A stretch of DNA of 64,000 nucleotides from an uncultured Gemmatimonadales bacterium (GCA_963708135.1 OY970192.1:640001-704000), one strand, 5' to 3'. Shown: positions 36,508 to 47,009, counted from the first letter of the stretch. Program-made: numbers and translations. The notes: generated by a model not told the origin, from the sequence alone.

Positions 36508-37440
36508 CTAGCCCAGACGCTCCCGCTTGTGGAGGTAGGCGCGCAGCGCGTGGACCATGGGACGGTCGGTCTCGAGGATGGTGTAGTCGATGCCCTGCGA
36601 GACGAGGGTGGTGCGCCATTCCTCGAGCGCCTCCTCGACGGCGCGGCGGTACTCCGTGCGCAGGTCGGCCACGCTCACCGGCAGCTCCTCGCCGGTCTCC
36701 GGGTCGACGAAGCGGGCGTCCCGGACCGCGGGCAGCTCGCGTTCGCCGGGATCCAGCAGGTGGAAGACGAGTACCTCGTGGCCGCGGTGGCGCAGGAAGC
36801 GCAGCGCGAGCCGCGTCGACTCGGGATCCACCAGCAGGTCGGAGAGGAGGACCACGAGCCCGCGCCGCGAGAGCCTGCCGGCGACGTCGCGCAGCGCGCT
36901 GCCGGCCTCCGTCCTGCCGCCGGCGCTGAGCGGCGCGATCGCCCGCACGAGGTCGTGCCACTGTCGACGCCCGCCGCGCGGCGAGACGTGCGCGCGCACC
37001 TGCTCGTCGAAGCCGATAACGCCGACCGCGTCGCCCTGGCGCAGGAGCATGAGCGCGAGGGAGGCCGCGAGCTGCTTGGCGTACCAGAGCTTGGGCGGAA
37101 GCGTCTCCTCGGCCGAGGTCCAGGCCATCGAGGCGCTGGTGTCCACCAGCAGGTAGGCGCGGAGGTTGGTCTCCTCCTCGAACTGCTTGATGTAATAGCG
37201 GTCGGAGCGGCCGTACATGCGCCAGTCCACGTAGCGCAGGTCATCGCCCGGCTGGTACATCCGGTGCTCCGCGAACTCCACCGAGAAGCCCCGGTGCGGC
37301 GAGCGGTGCAGCCCGGCGACGAAGCCCTCCACCACCTCGCGCGCGACGAACTCCAGCCCTCCCAGCGAGGCCAGCTCGCCCGGGCTCAGGAGGTCCGGCC
37401 GGCGGCCGCGAGCGATCACATCCGATGGCGTCACGTTCAT
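36508..37440 (-). CDS. DUF58/VWA-like protein
   Basis: GLHRS, GFSVEFAEHRMYQPGDDLRYVDW, KQFEEET, VDTSASM, LSDL. Confidence 0.92.
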   Translation of the reverse strand: MNVTPSDVIARGRRPDLLSPGELASLGGLEFVAREVVEGFVAGLHRSPHRGFSVEFAEHRMYQPGDDLRYVDWRMYGRSDRYYIKQFEEETNLRAYLLVDTSASMAWTSAEETLPPKLWYAKQLAASLALMLLRQGDAVGVIGFDEQVRAHVSPRGGRRQWHDLVRAIAPLSAGGRTEAGSALRDVAGRLSRRGLVVLLSDLLVDPESTRLALRFLRHRGHEVLVFHLLDPGERELPAVRDARFVDPETGEELPVSVADLRTEYRRAVEEALEEWRTTLVSQGIDYTILETDRPMVHALRAYLHKRERLG

Positions 37441-37692
37441 CTCTCGTCGCGCAGCAACGTAGGCCGACGCGCGGCCGGCAGTCAAACCGTTTCACGGGCA
37501 GGCCCAGCAGGCACGGCCACGTACACGGGCACCGCCATCTACCCCGAAGCCGTGCCGCCGGTCGCGCGCGGATGGATCGGGGCGGTGGTGCCGGCGCGGC
37601 GCCCGCACTATGTTTCGCGCCGGCCCGGCCGGGGCGGCACCCCACGGGGCAAGCCCCGGGCCGCGACGTGAACCGCACCGAGGAGCGCGCCC

Positions 37693-37896
37693 GTGTCCTT
37701 CGTGAACAGCATCATCCTGCTCCTGTCCCTCGCCTGCGCGATCTGTCTGCCCTACTTCGTGGGCCACGGGCTCGCGCTCGGCGAATGGGGCTGGATCCTC
37801 ACGGGGATCGGCTTCGGCCTGCTCTCCGGCATCCTGATGTTCGCGCATTCGAAGATCGCCGCCCGCGGCGCACGCGAGGAGCGAACCTCGCACTGA
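37693..37896 (+). CDS. Small two-TM membrane protein (67 aa)
   Basis: GAGGAG RBS, GTG start, two hydrophobic segments, host-like codon usage. Confidence 0.6.
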   Translation: MSFVNSIILLLSLACAICLPYFVGHGLALGEWGWILTGIGFGLLSGILMFAHSKIAARGAREERTSH

Positions 37897-37959
37897 GGCG
37901 GGGCAGCCCGTCCCGTTCGACCCACACGTGGCCGTGCCCGTTCTCCTGCCTCCCTCCGA

Positions 37960-37989
37960 TTGATTCGCCCCTGCTCCCGCCGTTATCTT
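37960..37989 (+). promoter_or_regulatory. Putative lepA operon promoter
   Basis: TTGATT-18 nt-TATCTT. Confidence 0.5.
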
Positions 37990-38043
37990 GAAGGGTTCCG
38001 GCGCAACCACACAAACGCATGAAAAATCAGGGACTTCAACGGC

Positions 38044-39846
38044 GTGAACATCGAGCGGATCCGTAACTTTTGCATCGTGGCGCACATCGATCACGGCAAG
38101 TCCACGCTGGCCGACCGGCTGCTCGAGCGGACGGGCACGCTGACGCAGCGGCAGATGGAGGCGCAGGTGCTGGACAGCCTCGATCTCGAGCGGGAGCGCG
38201 GCATCACCATCAAGCTGCACGCGGTGCGCATGGCGTACGGCGGGGCGGACGGCGAGCTCTACCAGCTGAACCTGATCGACACGCCGGGGCACGTGGACTT
38301 CACGTACGAGGTGTCGCGCTCGCTGGTGGCGTGCGAGGGGGCGGTGCTGGTGGTCGATGCGAGCCAGGGCGTCCAGGCGCAGACGCTCTCGAACCTGTTC
38401 CTGGCGATGGACGCGGGGCTGGAGATCATCCCGGTTCTGAACAAGATCGACCTGCCGGGCGCGGAGCCGGAGCGGCGGCGCGAGGAGCTCTCGGAGCTGC
38501 TCGGCGTGGAGCCGGAGGACGTGCTGGCGGTCTCGGCCAAGGAGGGGGTCGGTGTCGATGCGCTGCTGGAACGGATCGTCCGCCTGGTGCCGCCGCCGAA
38601 GGGCGACCGCGACGCGCCGCTGCGCGCGCTCATCTTCGATTCCTACTACGACCGCTACCAGGGCGGGGTGCCGATGATCCGCGTGTTCGACGGCACGGTC
38701 GAGCCGGGCATGCGGATCACCTTCGGCGCGAGCGACGCGGCTTACGTGGTGGACGAGGTCGGCTTCATGCGCCTGGGGCGCTTTCCGCAGGACGCGCTGG
38801 AGCCGGGCGAGGTCGGTTATCTGCTGGCGGGCATCAAGCGGGTGGGCGACACCAAGGTGGGCGACACCATCCTGGACGCGGACGATCGTGCCACGGAGCT
38901 GCTGCCGGGCTACCGCGAGATCAAGCCGATGGTGTTCAGCGGACTCTACCCCTCGGACTCCGACCGGTACGAGGAGCTGCGCGACGCGCTGGAGAAGCTG
39001 AAGCTGAACGACGCGTCGCTCTTCTACGAGCCCGAGACGTCCACGGCGCTGGGCTTCGGCTTCCGCTGCGGCTTTCTCGGGCTGCTGCACATGGAGATCG
39101 TACAGGAGCGCCTGGAACGCGAGTTCGGCCTCGACCTGGTCACCACGGTGCCGAACGTGGAGTACGACGTGGTGCTCACGGATGGCACTACGGTGGAGAT
39201 CGAGAATCCCAGCGCGATGCCGGACCGTTCGCGCATCGATCGCATCGAGGAGCCCTACGTCCGGGCGCGCATCCTCTGTCCGGCGGACTACATCGGCAAC
39301 GTCCAGAAGCTGTGCCACGAGCGGCGCGGCGAGTTCGAGGAGATGCACTACCTCGACCCGACGCGCGTGGAGTTCGTCTACGCCATGCCGCTGGCGGAGA
39401 TCGTGCTCGACTTCTACGACAGGCTGAAGGGCTCGACGCGCGGCTACGCGTCGCTGGACTGGGAGTTCCTCGAGTACCGGCCGAACGACCTGGTCAAGCT
39501 CGACATGATGATCAACGGCGACCCGGTGGATGCCTTCAGCGTGGTGATCCATCGCGACAAGGCGTTCGAGTACGGCCGGGCCGTGGCCGAGAAGCTGCGC
39601 GAGCTGATCCCGCGTCAGCTCTTCGAGGTGGCGATCCAGGCCTCGATCGGCGGCCGCATCATCGCGCGCGAGAGCATCCGGGCGCTGCGCAAGAACGTCA
39701 CGGCCAAGTGCTACGGCGGCGACATCACCCGCAAGCGCAAGCTCCTCGAGAAGCAGCGCGAGGGGAAGCGGCGCATGAAGCAGGTCGGCACCGTGGAGAT
39801 CCCGCAGGAGGCCTTCCTGGCGGTGCTGCAGGTGGGGAGCGGGTGA
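38044..39846 (+). CDS. lepA: Elongation factor 4
   Basis: [55 protein letters not shown]. Confidence 0.98.
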   Translation: MNIERIRNFCIVAHIDHGKSTLADRLLERTGTLTQRQMEAQVLDSLDLERERGITIKLHAVRMAYGGADGELYQLNLIDTPGHVDFTYEVSRSLVACEGAVLVVDASQGVQAQTLSNLFLAMDAGLEIIPVLNKIDLPGAEPERRREELSELLGVEPEDVLAVSAKEGVGVDALLERIVRLVPPPKGDRDAPLRALIFDSYYDRYQGGVPMIRVFDGTVEPGMRITFGASDAAYVVDEVGFMRLGRFPQDALEPGEVGYLLAGIKRVGDTKVGDTILDADDRATELLPGYREIKPMVFSGLYPSDSDRYEELRDALEKLKLNDASLFYEPETSTALGFGFRCGFLGLLHMEIVQERLEREFGLDLVTTVPNVEYDVVLTDGTTVEIENPSAMPDRSRIDRIEEPYVRARILCPADYIGNVQKLCHERRGEFEEMHYLDPTRVEFVYAMPLAEIVLDFYDRLKGSTRGYASLDWEFLEYRPNDLVKLDMMINGDPVDAFSVVIHRDKAFEYGRAVAEKLRELIPRQLFEVAIQASIGGRIIARESIRALRKNVTAKCYGGDITRKRKLLEKQREGKRRMKQVGTVEIPQEAFLAVLQVGSG

Positions 39847-39886
39847 GCGGGGGGCGAAGCGATTCGTTCGACGACGCGAGGCGCTC

Positions 39887-40966
39887 GTGCCGCCTCTGAT
39901 CGTGCGCGCCCCGAACCATCTCGGCGACGTCGTGATGGCGCTGCCGGCGCTGCGCGCGGCGAGCGGCCCGGCCCGGGATGCCACGAATGCGGAGGGGGCT
40001 GCGGACGTCGCCGGCGCGGGCGGGCGGGGGGCGCACGAGCCCGCCGACATCCTCGTCGTGCGTGGGCTCGTGCCGATCCTCGAGATGGCGGGGCTGCCCG
40101 GCCGGATCCTGCCGTTCGACCGGGGCGCGGCCGGTCTCGTGCGGGCCGCCGGGGCGCTCCGCCGCGGGCCCTATCGGCGCGGGATCCTGCTCACGCCCTC
40201 CTTCTCCTCGGCGCTGGTCTTCCTTCTGGGCGGAGTCCGCGAACGTCGCGGCACGGCGACGGACGGCAGATCCATGCTCCTGACCGAACGGATCCCGCGG
40301 GCGCGCATCGACGCCCTCCACCGGGCGGCGGCGTACCTCCTTCTGGCCGGCGACGAGGCGGCGGCGGAACCGCCGGCGCCGCGGCTCCCGGTGCCGCAGG
40401 CGGAGCGGGCGCGCTGGCGTTCCTTCGTGGGAGGCTCCTCGTCCGGTGGCCCGACGATCGGTATCTTCCCCGGGAGCAACGCGGCCTCGCGGCGGTGGGA
40501 CACAGGGCGCTACCGGGCGCTGGCCGCGCGGCTCGCGGCGGACGGCGCGCGGGTGGTGGTCTTCGGCGGGCCGGGCGAGCGGCGGCTCACGGCGGAGGTC
40601 GCGGGGGACGTCGCCTTCGATGCGGGCGGCCGGACGGACCTGCGGCAGCTGGCGGCGGGACTGGCGGAGTGCGCGCTTCTCGTGACGAACGACAGCGGGC
40701 CGATGCACCTGGCCGCAGCGGTGGGGACGAGGACGGTGTCGCTGCAGGGGGCGTCGGACCCGGCGGTGACGCGCCCGCTCGGTGCCGCGCACGTGCTGCT
40801 GCAGCACGCGGAGCTCTCGTGCGTGCCGTGCGTTCGCAACGTCTGTCCGCGGCGCGGGGCGGGGACGTTCCTTCCGGAAGCCGAGCGCGAATGCCTGCGG
40901 CTGATCACGGTGGACGAGGTGCACGGCGCGGTGGTCCGGAGCGTGGACGCCGCCGTGCCCGACTGA
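39887..40966 (+). CDS. waaF: GT9 LPS heptosyltransferase II-like
   Basis: PNHLGDVVMALP, SRRW, GRTDL, TNDSGPMHLAAAVG, CVPC. Confidence 0.85.
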   Translation: MPPLIVRAPNHLGDVVMALPALRAASGPARDATNAEGAADVAGAGGRGAHEPADILVVRGLVPILEMAGLPGRILPFDRGAAGLVRAAGALRRGPYRRGILLTPSFSSALVFLLGGVRERRGTATDGRSMLLTERIPRARIDALHRAAAYLLLAGDEAAAEPPAPRLPVPQAERARWRSFVGGSSSGGPTIGIFPGSNAASRRWDTGRYRALAARLAADGARVVVFGGPGERRLTAEVAGDVAFDAGGRTDLRQLAAGLAECALLVTNDSGPMHLAAAVGTRTVSLQGASDPAVTRPLGAAHVLLQHAELSCVPCVRNVCPRRGAGTFLPEAERECLRLITVDEVHGAVVRSVDAAVPD

Positions 40967-40979
40967 GGAGACGGACGGG

Positions 40980-41987
40980 ATGACAGCGGGCGTGGACAAG
41001 AAGTGGATGGTGGGCGTCGACCTCGGCGGCACGAACATCGTGGTCGGCGTGCTGCCGATGGATGGCGGGGACGGCGAGCTGCTGGGGTTGCGGGCGCTGC
41101 CGACGGAGGCGACGCGCGGCGCCAAGTTCGTGGTGGACCGGATCGCGGCAATGATCGACGAGTCGATCGTCGAGGTCACGGAGCGCTTCGGCGGGGCCCG
41201 CGAGGACGTCGCGGGGGTGGGCATCGGCTCGCCGGGGCCGCTCGACCGGCGGAGCGGCACGGTCATCAACACGCCCAACCTGGGGTGGCGGAACTTCCCG
41301 CTGCGCGACCTGATCTCGAACGCCGTCGGGCTGCCGGCCGTGCTGGACAACGACGCCAACTGCGCGACGTACGGTGAGTGGTGGCTGGGGGCCGGCCGCA
41401 ACGTGGACACCTTGGTCGGGCTCACGCTGGGCACGGGGATCGGCGGCGGCATCGTGCTGGACGGCGAGATCTTCCACGGCGTGAGCGACGCGGCGGGCGA
41501 GATCGGCCACATGACCATCGACTCGACGGGTCGCAAGTGCAAGTGCGGCAACTACGGCTGCCTGGAGGCGTACGCGTCCGGGCCCGCCATCGCGCTGCGG
41601 GCGGTGGAGGGCCTCGAGGCGGGGACGGAATCGGTGCTGCCGGAGCTGGTGGGCGGGCGGCTGGAGGAGGTCACCGCCGCCACGGTCTACGAGGCGGTGG
41701 TGCTCGGCGATCCGTACGCCAACGAGGTCATGAAGGAGACGGCCAAGTTCCTGGGCGCCGGCGTCGCGAACATCATCAACATGCTGAACCCGGAGATGGT
41801 GGTGATCGCGGGCGGCGTCACGCGCGCGGGAGACCACCTCTTCATGCCGCTGCGGGCGGAGGTGCGGCGGCGGGCGTTCCGGAGCGCGGAGCAGGCGTGC
41901 CAGATCGTTTCCGCACAGCTGCAGGGCACGGCGGGGGTGATCGGCGCGGCGGCGGTGTTCAAGAAGGACACGTACGGCACCGTTTGA
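40980..41987 (+). CDS. ROK family sugar kinase (glucokinase-like)
   Basis: GVDLGGT, GIGSPG, NDAN, TLGTGIGGG, GEIGH, CKCGNYGCLE. Confidence 0.94.
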   Translation: MTAGVDKKWMVGVDLGGTNIVVGVLPMDGGDGELLGLRALPTEATRGAKFVVDRIAAMIDESIVEVTERFGGAREDVAGVGIGSPGPLDRRSGTVINTPNLGWRNFPLRDLISNAVGLPAVLDNDANCATYGEWWLGAGRNVDTLVGLTLGTGIGGGIVLDGEIFHGVSDAAGEIGHMTIDSTGRKCKCGNYGCLEAYASGPAIALRAVEGLEAGTESVLPELVGGRLEEVTAATVYEAVVLGDPYANEVMKETAKFLGAGVANIINMLNPEMVVIAGGVTRAGDHLFMPLRAEVRRRAFRSAEQACQIVSAQLQGTAGVIGAAAVFKKDTYGTV

Positions 41988-41989
41988 GG

Positions 41990-43024
41990 ATGCGCCCGAA
42001 CGAGAGCCTGGCTCCGCCCGACGCGCGGGCGCGGCGTCCGAAGCGGCTGGGGGTGCTCGGCACGATGGTGTGGGACCGCATCTACGCGCGCGACGTGCGT
42101 CTCGAGCCGGTCGAGGAGTGGGGCGGGATCGCCTACGCGCTGGCGGCGCTGGCGGCGGCCCGGCCGCAGGGCTGGGATCTCGTGCCGCTGGTGCGGATCG
42201 GGCAGGACCTCGAGGCCTCCGCGCGGCGCTTCCTGACCGGGCTGCCGGGCTTCGACGTGACGCCCGGCGTGCGCGCCGTGCCGGAGCCGAACAACCGGGT
42301 CGAGCTGCGCTACCAGGATCGCGAGCGGCGCAGTGAGCGGCTGACGGGCGGTGTCGGGCCGTGGGGCTGGGCGGAGCTCGAGCCGCTCCTCGGCGCGCTC
42401 GACGCCCTCTACATCAACTTCATCTCCGGGTTCGAGCTCGAGCTCGAGACCGCGCAGCGGCTGAGGGTGGCCTTCGGCGGCCCGATCTACGCGGATCTGC
42501 ACTCGCTCCTGCTGGGCGTCGGCCCGGGCGGACAGCGGGTGCCGCGACCGCTGGGGGCGTGGCGCGAGTGGCTGCGCTGCTTCGATGTCGTGCAGGTGAA
42601 CGAGGACGAGCTGGCCTCGCTGGCGCACGCGTGGGGCGACCCGTGGCGCTTCGCCGCCGAGGTGGTCGGTCCGGAGCTCAAGCTGCTGCTCGTGACGCTC
42701 GGCTCGCGCGGGGCCGCCTACGTGGCCTCGCCCACGTTCCGGCCGGACCCGCTGTCGTGGCGGGATCCCGGGCTCGTCCGGCCCGGCCCGATCGTGACGA
42801 CGGGCCCGGCGCGCACGGAGCACGTGGCTGTGGCCGTCGAGCCGGAGGAAGGCGACCCCACGGGGTGCGGCGACGTCTGGGGCGCGACGTTTTTCGCGCG
42901 CTTCCTCACCGGAGCGCCGCTGGAGGCGGCGATCGCGGCGGCCAACGGCGCGGCGGCGCGCAACGTGAGGCACCGTGGCGCGACCGGGCTGCACCTCTTC
43001 CTGCAGGGAAAGATCGGATCATGA
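41990..43024 (+). CDS. PfkB/ribokinase family kinase
   Basis: WGGIAY, QVNEDE, VTLGSRG, DPTGCGD. Confidence 0.85.
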   Translation: MRPNESLAPPDARARRPKRLGVLGTMVWDRIYARDVRLEPVEEWGGIAYALAALAAARPQGWDLVPLVRIGQDLEASARRFLTGLPGFDVTPGVRAVPEPNNRVELRYQDRERRSERLTGGVGPWGWAELEPLLGALDALYINFISGFELELETAQRLRVAFGGPIYADLHSLLLGVGPGGQRVPRPLGAWREWLRCFDVVQVNEDELASLAHAWGDPWRFAAEVVGPELKLLLVTLGSRGAAYVASPTFRPDPLSWRDPGLVRPGPIVTTGPARTEHVAVAVEPEEGDPTGCGDVWGATFFARFLTGAPLEAAIAAANGAAARNVRHRGATGLHLFLQGKIGS

Positions 43025-43908
43025 AGCTGGTGGTGGTGCCGGCATCGCTCGAGGAGCGGACCTTCGACTCGCTCGTGCAGGAGCTCGGGCAGGGCGCCGA
43101 GGAGCGCGCGCTCTTCGACGCGCGGCGGGTGCGCTGGGTGGATCCGTACGGCATGCTCGGGCTGCTGGCCGCGGGCGAGGTCTCGGCGCGACAGGGGGAG
43201 CGGCCGCTGCTCCAGCTGCCCGAGGCCACCGACGTGATGAGCTACCTCGGCCGCATGGGCTTCATCGAGCAGGCAACGCGCATCTTCGAGATGCACGGCG
43301 GCGGCCGGCGCGCGGCGGAGCCGCCCTCCGACGTGCTGCTCGAGATCACGCCGATCGACTCGCACGGCGATGTGCACTCCGTGGTGGACCGCGTGCAGGA
43401 GAGGGCCGGGCTGATCCTCTCGCGCCAGCTGCGCTATCCGGTGAGCTCCGTCGTGCAGTTCAGCGTGATCCTCTCCGAGGTGTGCCAGAACATCCTGGAG
43501 CACGCGGAGTCGGGCGGCTGGGTGGCCGCGCAGACCTACAGCTGGCGCCAGCGCCTGGGGCGCAAGGTGGCCGTCATCGCCGTCATGGACCTGGGCATTG
43601 GCTTCAGGGGGTCGCTGGCCAGCGCGCAGGCCGCCCGCTACGGCGACCGCTGGAGCGACGCGACGGCGCTCGAGGCGGCGTTCCTGCACGGCATCACGCG
43701 CTTCCACGACCCCGGCCGCGGGCAGGGGCTCCAGCAGATCCGGAAGCAGGTCGGCAAGCTGGGCGGCAAGATCTCGATCCGCAGCGGCACGGCCCAGATC
43801 GCCGATGTGCCCGGCTGGGACGATGCGCCGCCGCTGCAGGAGCGGCTGCCGGCGTTCCCCGGCTCGCAGATCTGCATCGTGCTGCCGGCGCGCGAGGAGG
43901 AGTCGTGA
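43021..43908 (+). CDS. STAS-like + HATPase_c protein (His-less, anti-sigma/Ser-kinase-like)
   Basis: FDARRVRWVDPYG...SYLGRMGF; N box SEVCQNILEHA; DLGIG; GRGQGL; no H box; ATGA overlap. Confidence 0.78.
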   Translation: MKLVVVPASLEERTFDSLVQELGQGAEERALFDARRVRWVDPYGMLGLLAAGEVSARQGERPLLQLPEATDVMSYLGRMGFIEQATRIFEMHGGGRRAAEPPSDVLLEITPIDSHGDVHSVVDRVQERAGLILSRQLRYPVSSVVQFSVILSEVCQNILEHAESGGWVAAQTYSWRQRLGRKVAVIAVMDLGIGFRGSLASAQAARYGDRWSDATALEAAFLHGITRFHDPGRGQGLQQIRKQVGKLGGKISIRSGTAQIADVPGWDDAPPLQERLPAFPGSQICIVLPAREEES

Positions 43909-44504
43909 GCGACACGCCGCGGCCCGTCCCGCTGCGCTTCGACCTCTCGTCGCTCGCGCCGTGCTCCGTGGCGACGCTCTACTCTCACCTCGTGACCCGC
44001 CCGACCGGGCGCGCGCTGCGGCTCGGCATCGAGAGCCAGCTCGGCGAGCTCGGCGCGCTCTGCCTCTCGGTCCTCGACTTCAGCCAGGTCGTGGTCCTCG
44101 ACTACAGCTGCGCCGACGAGGCCGTGGCCAAGCTGATCCAGCGCTTTCTCGGCGAGGACCGGCCCTCGGACGTCTACTTCGTGGCGCGCGGCGTGGCGGA
44201 GCGGCACCGTGAGCCGATCGACGAGGTGCTGCGGCGGCACGGGCTCGCGCTCGTGGCGGAGTGGGCGGAGGGCGGGACCGGGCTGCTGGGCGAGCTGTCG
44301 GCGCTGGAGCAGGCGGCGTGGGAGGCGCTGGAGCGCCTGCGGCGGGGCATGCCCGGCGACGTCGCCGCGCAGCTGCCGGCGCCCCTCGACGCCGTGAGCG
44401 CCGCCCTGGCCTCGCTCGCCGGACGGCGGGTGGTGGCCGGTGGAGCGCGGGGGGGCGCGTACCACGCGCTGACATCGATCCTGGCGGCCGCGCCCGGGGC
44501 ATAG
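43905..44504 (+). CDS. STAS-like (DUF4325-like) + putative winged HTH protein
   Basis: TRPTGR, LDFSQVVVLDYSCADE; C-terminal helices GDVAAQL..PLDAVSAALASL..RRVV; GAGGAGG RBS, GTGA overlap. Confidence 0.7.
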   Translation: MSDTPRPVPLRFDLSSLAPCSVATLYSHLVTRPTGRALRLGIESQLGELGALCLSVLDFSQVVVLDYSCADEAVAKLIQRFLGEDRPSDVYFVARGVAERHREPIDEVLRRHGLALVAEWAEGGTGLLGELSALEQAAWEALERLRRGMPGDVAAQLPAPLDAVSAALASLAGRRVVAGGARGGAYHALTSILAAAPGA

Positions 44505-44540
44505 GCGCCGGGGCCGCCGGTCCGGTGGCTGCGCCGCGGA

Positions 44541-45842
44541 TCAGCGGATCGCGGCGTCCGGACTGTTCGACACGGGCCTCGCCGCCGCGTCGGGAAGCTC
44601 CGGCGCCGGGGGTGCGCCGGCCTGGGAGCCACCGGTGGCGGGGCGCACTCCCGCCCCCACCGCCGATTCGCCGGCGGGTTCGGGGCGCGGCCGGCCCGGT
44701 GGCAGCTCGACCTGGAAGGCGGTGCCGCGTCCCGACTCGCTGTCGACGCGGATCCGGCCGCCGATCTGCTCGATCGCCTCGAGGGTGATCGCGAGCCCGA
44801 GGCCGGTGCCCTCCGCATCCTTCGTCCTGCCGCGGAAGAAGCGCTCGAACACGTGCGGCTGCTGCTCGTCCGGGATGCCGACGCCGTTGTCCGCCACCTC
44901 GATCACCCAGCCGCCGTCGTGGCGCGGCTCGATGGTGAGCGCCACGCACCGCTCGGGCTTGTCCGGGTCCGCGTACTTCACGGCGTTCGCCACCAGGTTC
45001 ACGAGCGCGAGCCCGACGCGGGCGGCGTCCACGTGGACGCGGGGCACCTCTTCGGGAAAGCGGAGCCTGACGTCCGCCTCCCGGGCCATCGGCTCGACCT
45101 GCCCGCGCACACCCTGAATGACGTCCGACAGCGGCTCGCAGCGCTGCTCGGCCGGCTCCCCTCGCTGCGCGGCGGCCAGGGTGCGCACGTCGTCGACCAG
45201 GCGCCGCGCCCGCATCAGGTTGCGCAGCACGATGGCCGCGAAACGCCGGCGGTCCTCCGCGTCCCCGCCGATCTCCTCCTCGAGGAGCCGGGCCGCGCCC
45301 TCCGCCGCGCCGAGCGGATTCTTGATCTCGTGCGCCAGCGTGCGGGCGAACTCGTTCGTCGAGCGGACGCGCTCGCGCCGCTCGCTCACCTCCTCCTCCC
45401 GGTACGTCCCCGCCGTGATCGTGGCGGCGCCGGCCAGCCCGCGCTGCAGCCGGGCGGCGGTCGAAACGACGGCCGCGGGATCCACGGCGCTGCCGGCCGC
45501 CGCGGCCTCGGCGCGGAGCGCATCGAAGAGGATGTCGCCGAGGATCTCGAGCTCCGCCAGGACCTCCTGCACGTCGTAACCCTGGCGGCGGCGGTGGCGG
45601 GCGAGCGTGTGCAGGTGCTCGACCGCATCCTGCGTCAGCCCTCCCTCCGGCGCGCGCAGCAGGGACGCGAGCCGCTCGAGGACGAGCGGCATGTGGTCCA
45701 GCAGCTCCTCCCGGGGGAAGATGTGGGCAGGGCGCACGCGCAGCCGGCGCTCGAGGCGCTCCAGCCAGAGGCGGGTCAGCTCCGTGCTGCGGCTGCACAG
45801 CCGCTCTGCGACGCGCTCATCGAAGGATTCGGGGATCGGCAT
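44541..45842 (-). CDS. Cytoplasmic histidine kinase with RsbRD_N-like helical input domain
   Basis: LWLERL...LLDHMP...RRRQGYDVQEVLAEL; AHEIKNPL, NLVANAVKY, DNGVGI, GTGLGL; no TM. Confidence 0.9.
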   Translation of the reverse strand: MPIPESFDERVAERLCSRSTELTRLWLERLERRLRVRPAHIFPREELLDHMPLVLERLASLLRAPEGGLTQDAVEHLHTLARHRRRQGYDVQEVLAELEILGDILFDALRAEAAAAGSAVDPAAVVSTAARLQRGLAGAATITAGTYREEEVSERRERVRSTNEFARTLAHEIKNPLGAAEGAARLLEEEIGGDAEDRRRFAAIVLRNLMRARRLVDDVRTLAAAQRGEPAEQRCEPLSDVIQGVRGQVEPMAREADVRLRFPEEVPRVHVDAARVGLALVNLVANAVKYADPDKPERCVALTIEPRHDGGWVIEVADNGVGIPDEQQPHVFERFFRGRTKDAEGTGLGLAITLEAIEQIGGRIRVDSESGRGTAFQVELPPGRPRPEPAGESAVGAGVRPATGGSQAGAPPAPELPDAAARPVSNSPDAAIR

Positions 45843-46045
45843 CCGGTCTCCGGTGGGGGCTCCTCTCCTGCGACGACAGCGTTCGGAAGCGCAAGACGCG
45901 TTCCCGGCGACGCCGCTCGCGAGCCTTCGCCGGGACGTCATCGCGGAAGCCGAGAGGGGCAGCGGCCGCCCGCGTCAGTGGCTGCGGCGGCGGAAGGGGA
46001 CGGCGAGGAAGGCGGGGCAGCAGGGCGGCTCGCGCCGGGCCCGTC

Positions 46046-46918
46046 TCAGCCGGCGCGGGGCGCCTCGGCGGCGGCGCGCAGCCCCAGGATGAGGACGCGG
46101 TTCGTCGCCTTGAGGACGGCCAGGGCGGTGGCGGTGGAGAGATCGTCATCGAGCGGCTGCGCCCCGACCAGCGGGAGCGGCCGGCGCCCGAGCACGCGCG
46201 CGGCCGCGAGTACCGACACGAGCACGTAGTCGCGGTCCAGGGCGCGCACCTGCGAGGCGTGCTCGAGCTCCAACCGGATCGCGTCGCGCGCGGCCGCCGT
46301 GGCCGCCCGCAGCGCGGCCGTCGCGGCGGCGCGCAGCCGCCCCGTGCCGGCATCCAGCTCCGCCCCCTCGCCCACGAACTCCTCGCCCCGCCACATGACC
46401 CGGACGCGGACGACCACGCGCGCGTCCCGGACCATCGACTCCGCGCCGGCGAAGAGCAGCCGCGGATGGGTGATCTCGACCGTGGCGGCCGGGGATGCCG
46501 GAGCGGCGCCGCAGGGGGCCGCCGCCGGCGCGGCGGACGCCTTCTCCGCCGGCGGGGTGCCGGCCTCGGAGGCCGGAGGCGACGGCGGGCCGCCGGGCGC
46601 TCCACGCGCGGCGCCCGCGGCGGGTGCGGCGGGTGCGGCGGGCGGCGCGCCGCCGGTCATGGAGGCGCGGATGTCGCCCTCGGGAAGGGTATCGAGTTGC
46701 GCGATGCTGATGATGCGCTGATCGACCGGGACCTGGAGGCGCTCCTCCAGGAGGTCGCGGATGTCGCGGGCGAGGTGGCGCACGCTCGGGCCCGGTCCGA
46801 CCAGCAGGTGCACCTCACGCGGGTGGCCGTACACATCCTCGCGCACGAACGCACCCAGCACTGAGGGCAGCTCACGCAGGAGTGCTTCGGCGGCCTGCTT
46901 CGTCCGGATCGTATCCAT
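46046..46918 (-). CDS. Hypothetical protein with LeuA-allosteric-like C-terminal domain; paralogue of 17630-18277
   Basis: EVHLL...LARDIRDLL...VDQRIISIAQ; Ala/Pro linker; VRVMWRGEEFVGE...RAAATAALRA...LVGA...ATALAVLKATNRVL. Confidence 0.75.
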   Translation of the reverse strand: MDTIRTKQAAEALLRELPSVLGAFVREDVYGHPREVHLLVGPGPSVRHLARDIRDLLEERLQVPVDQRIISIAQLDTLPEGDIRASMTGGAPPAAPAAPAAGAARGAPGGPPSPPASEAGTPPAEKASAAPAAAPCGAAPASPAATVEITHPRLLFAGAESMVRDARVVVRVRVMWRGEEFVGEGAELDAGTGRLRAAATAALRAATAAARDAIRLELEHASQVRALDRDYVLVSVLAAARVLGRRPLPLVGAQPLDDDLSTATALAVLKATNRVLILGLRAAAEAPRAG

Positions 46919-46957
46919 TCGGATCCATGCTCGGTTGTACGGCAGGAGGGCTGCCGG

Positions 46958-46987
46958 AGGATGCGGGCGGAGGGGGGGCGACGTCAA
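46958..46987 (-). promoter_or_regulatory. Putative promoter of 46046-46918
   Basis: Minus strand TTGACG-18 nt-CATCCT. Confidence 0.4.
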
Positions 46988-47009
46988 GGGGCGCGGGCTG
47001 CCCCCAAAC

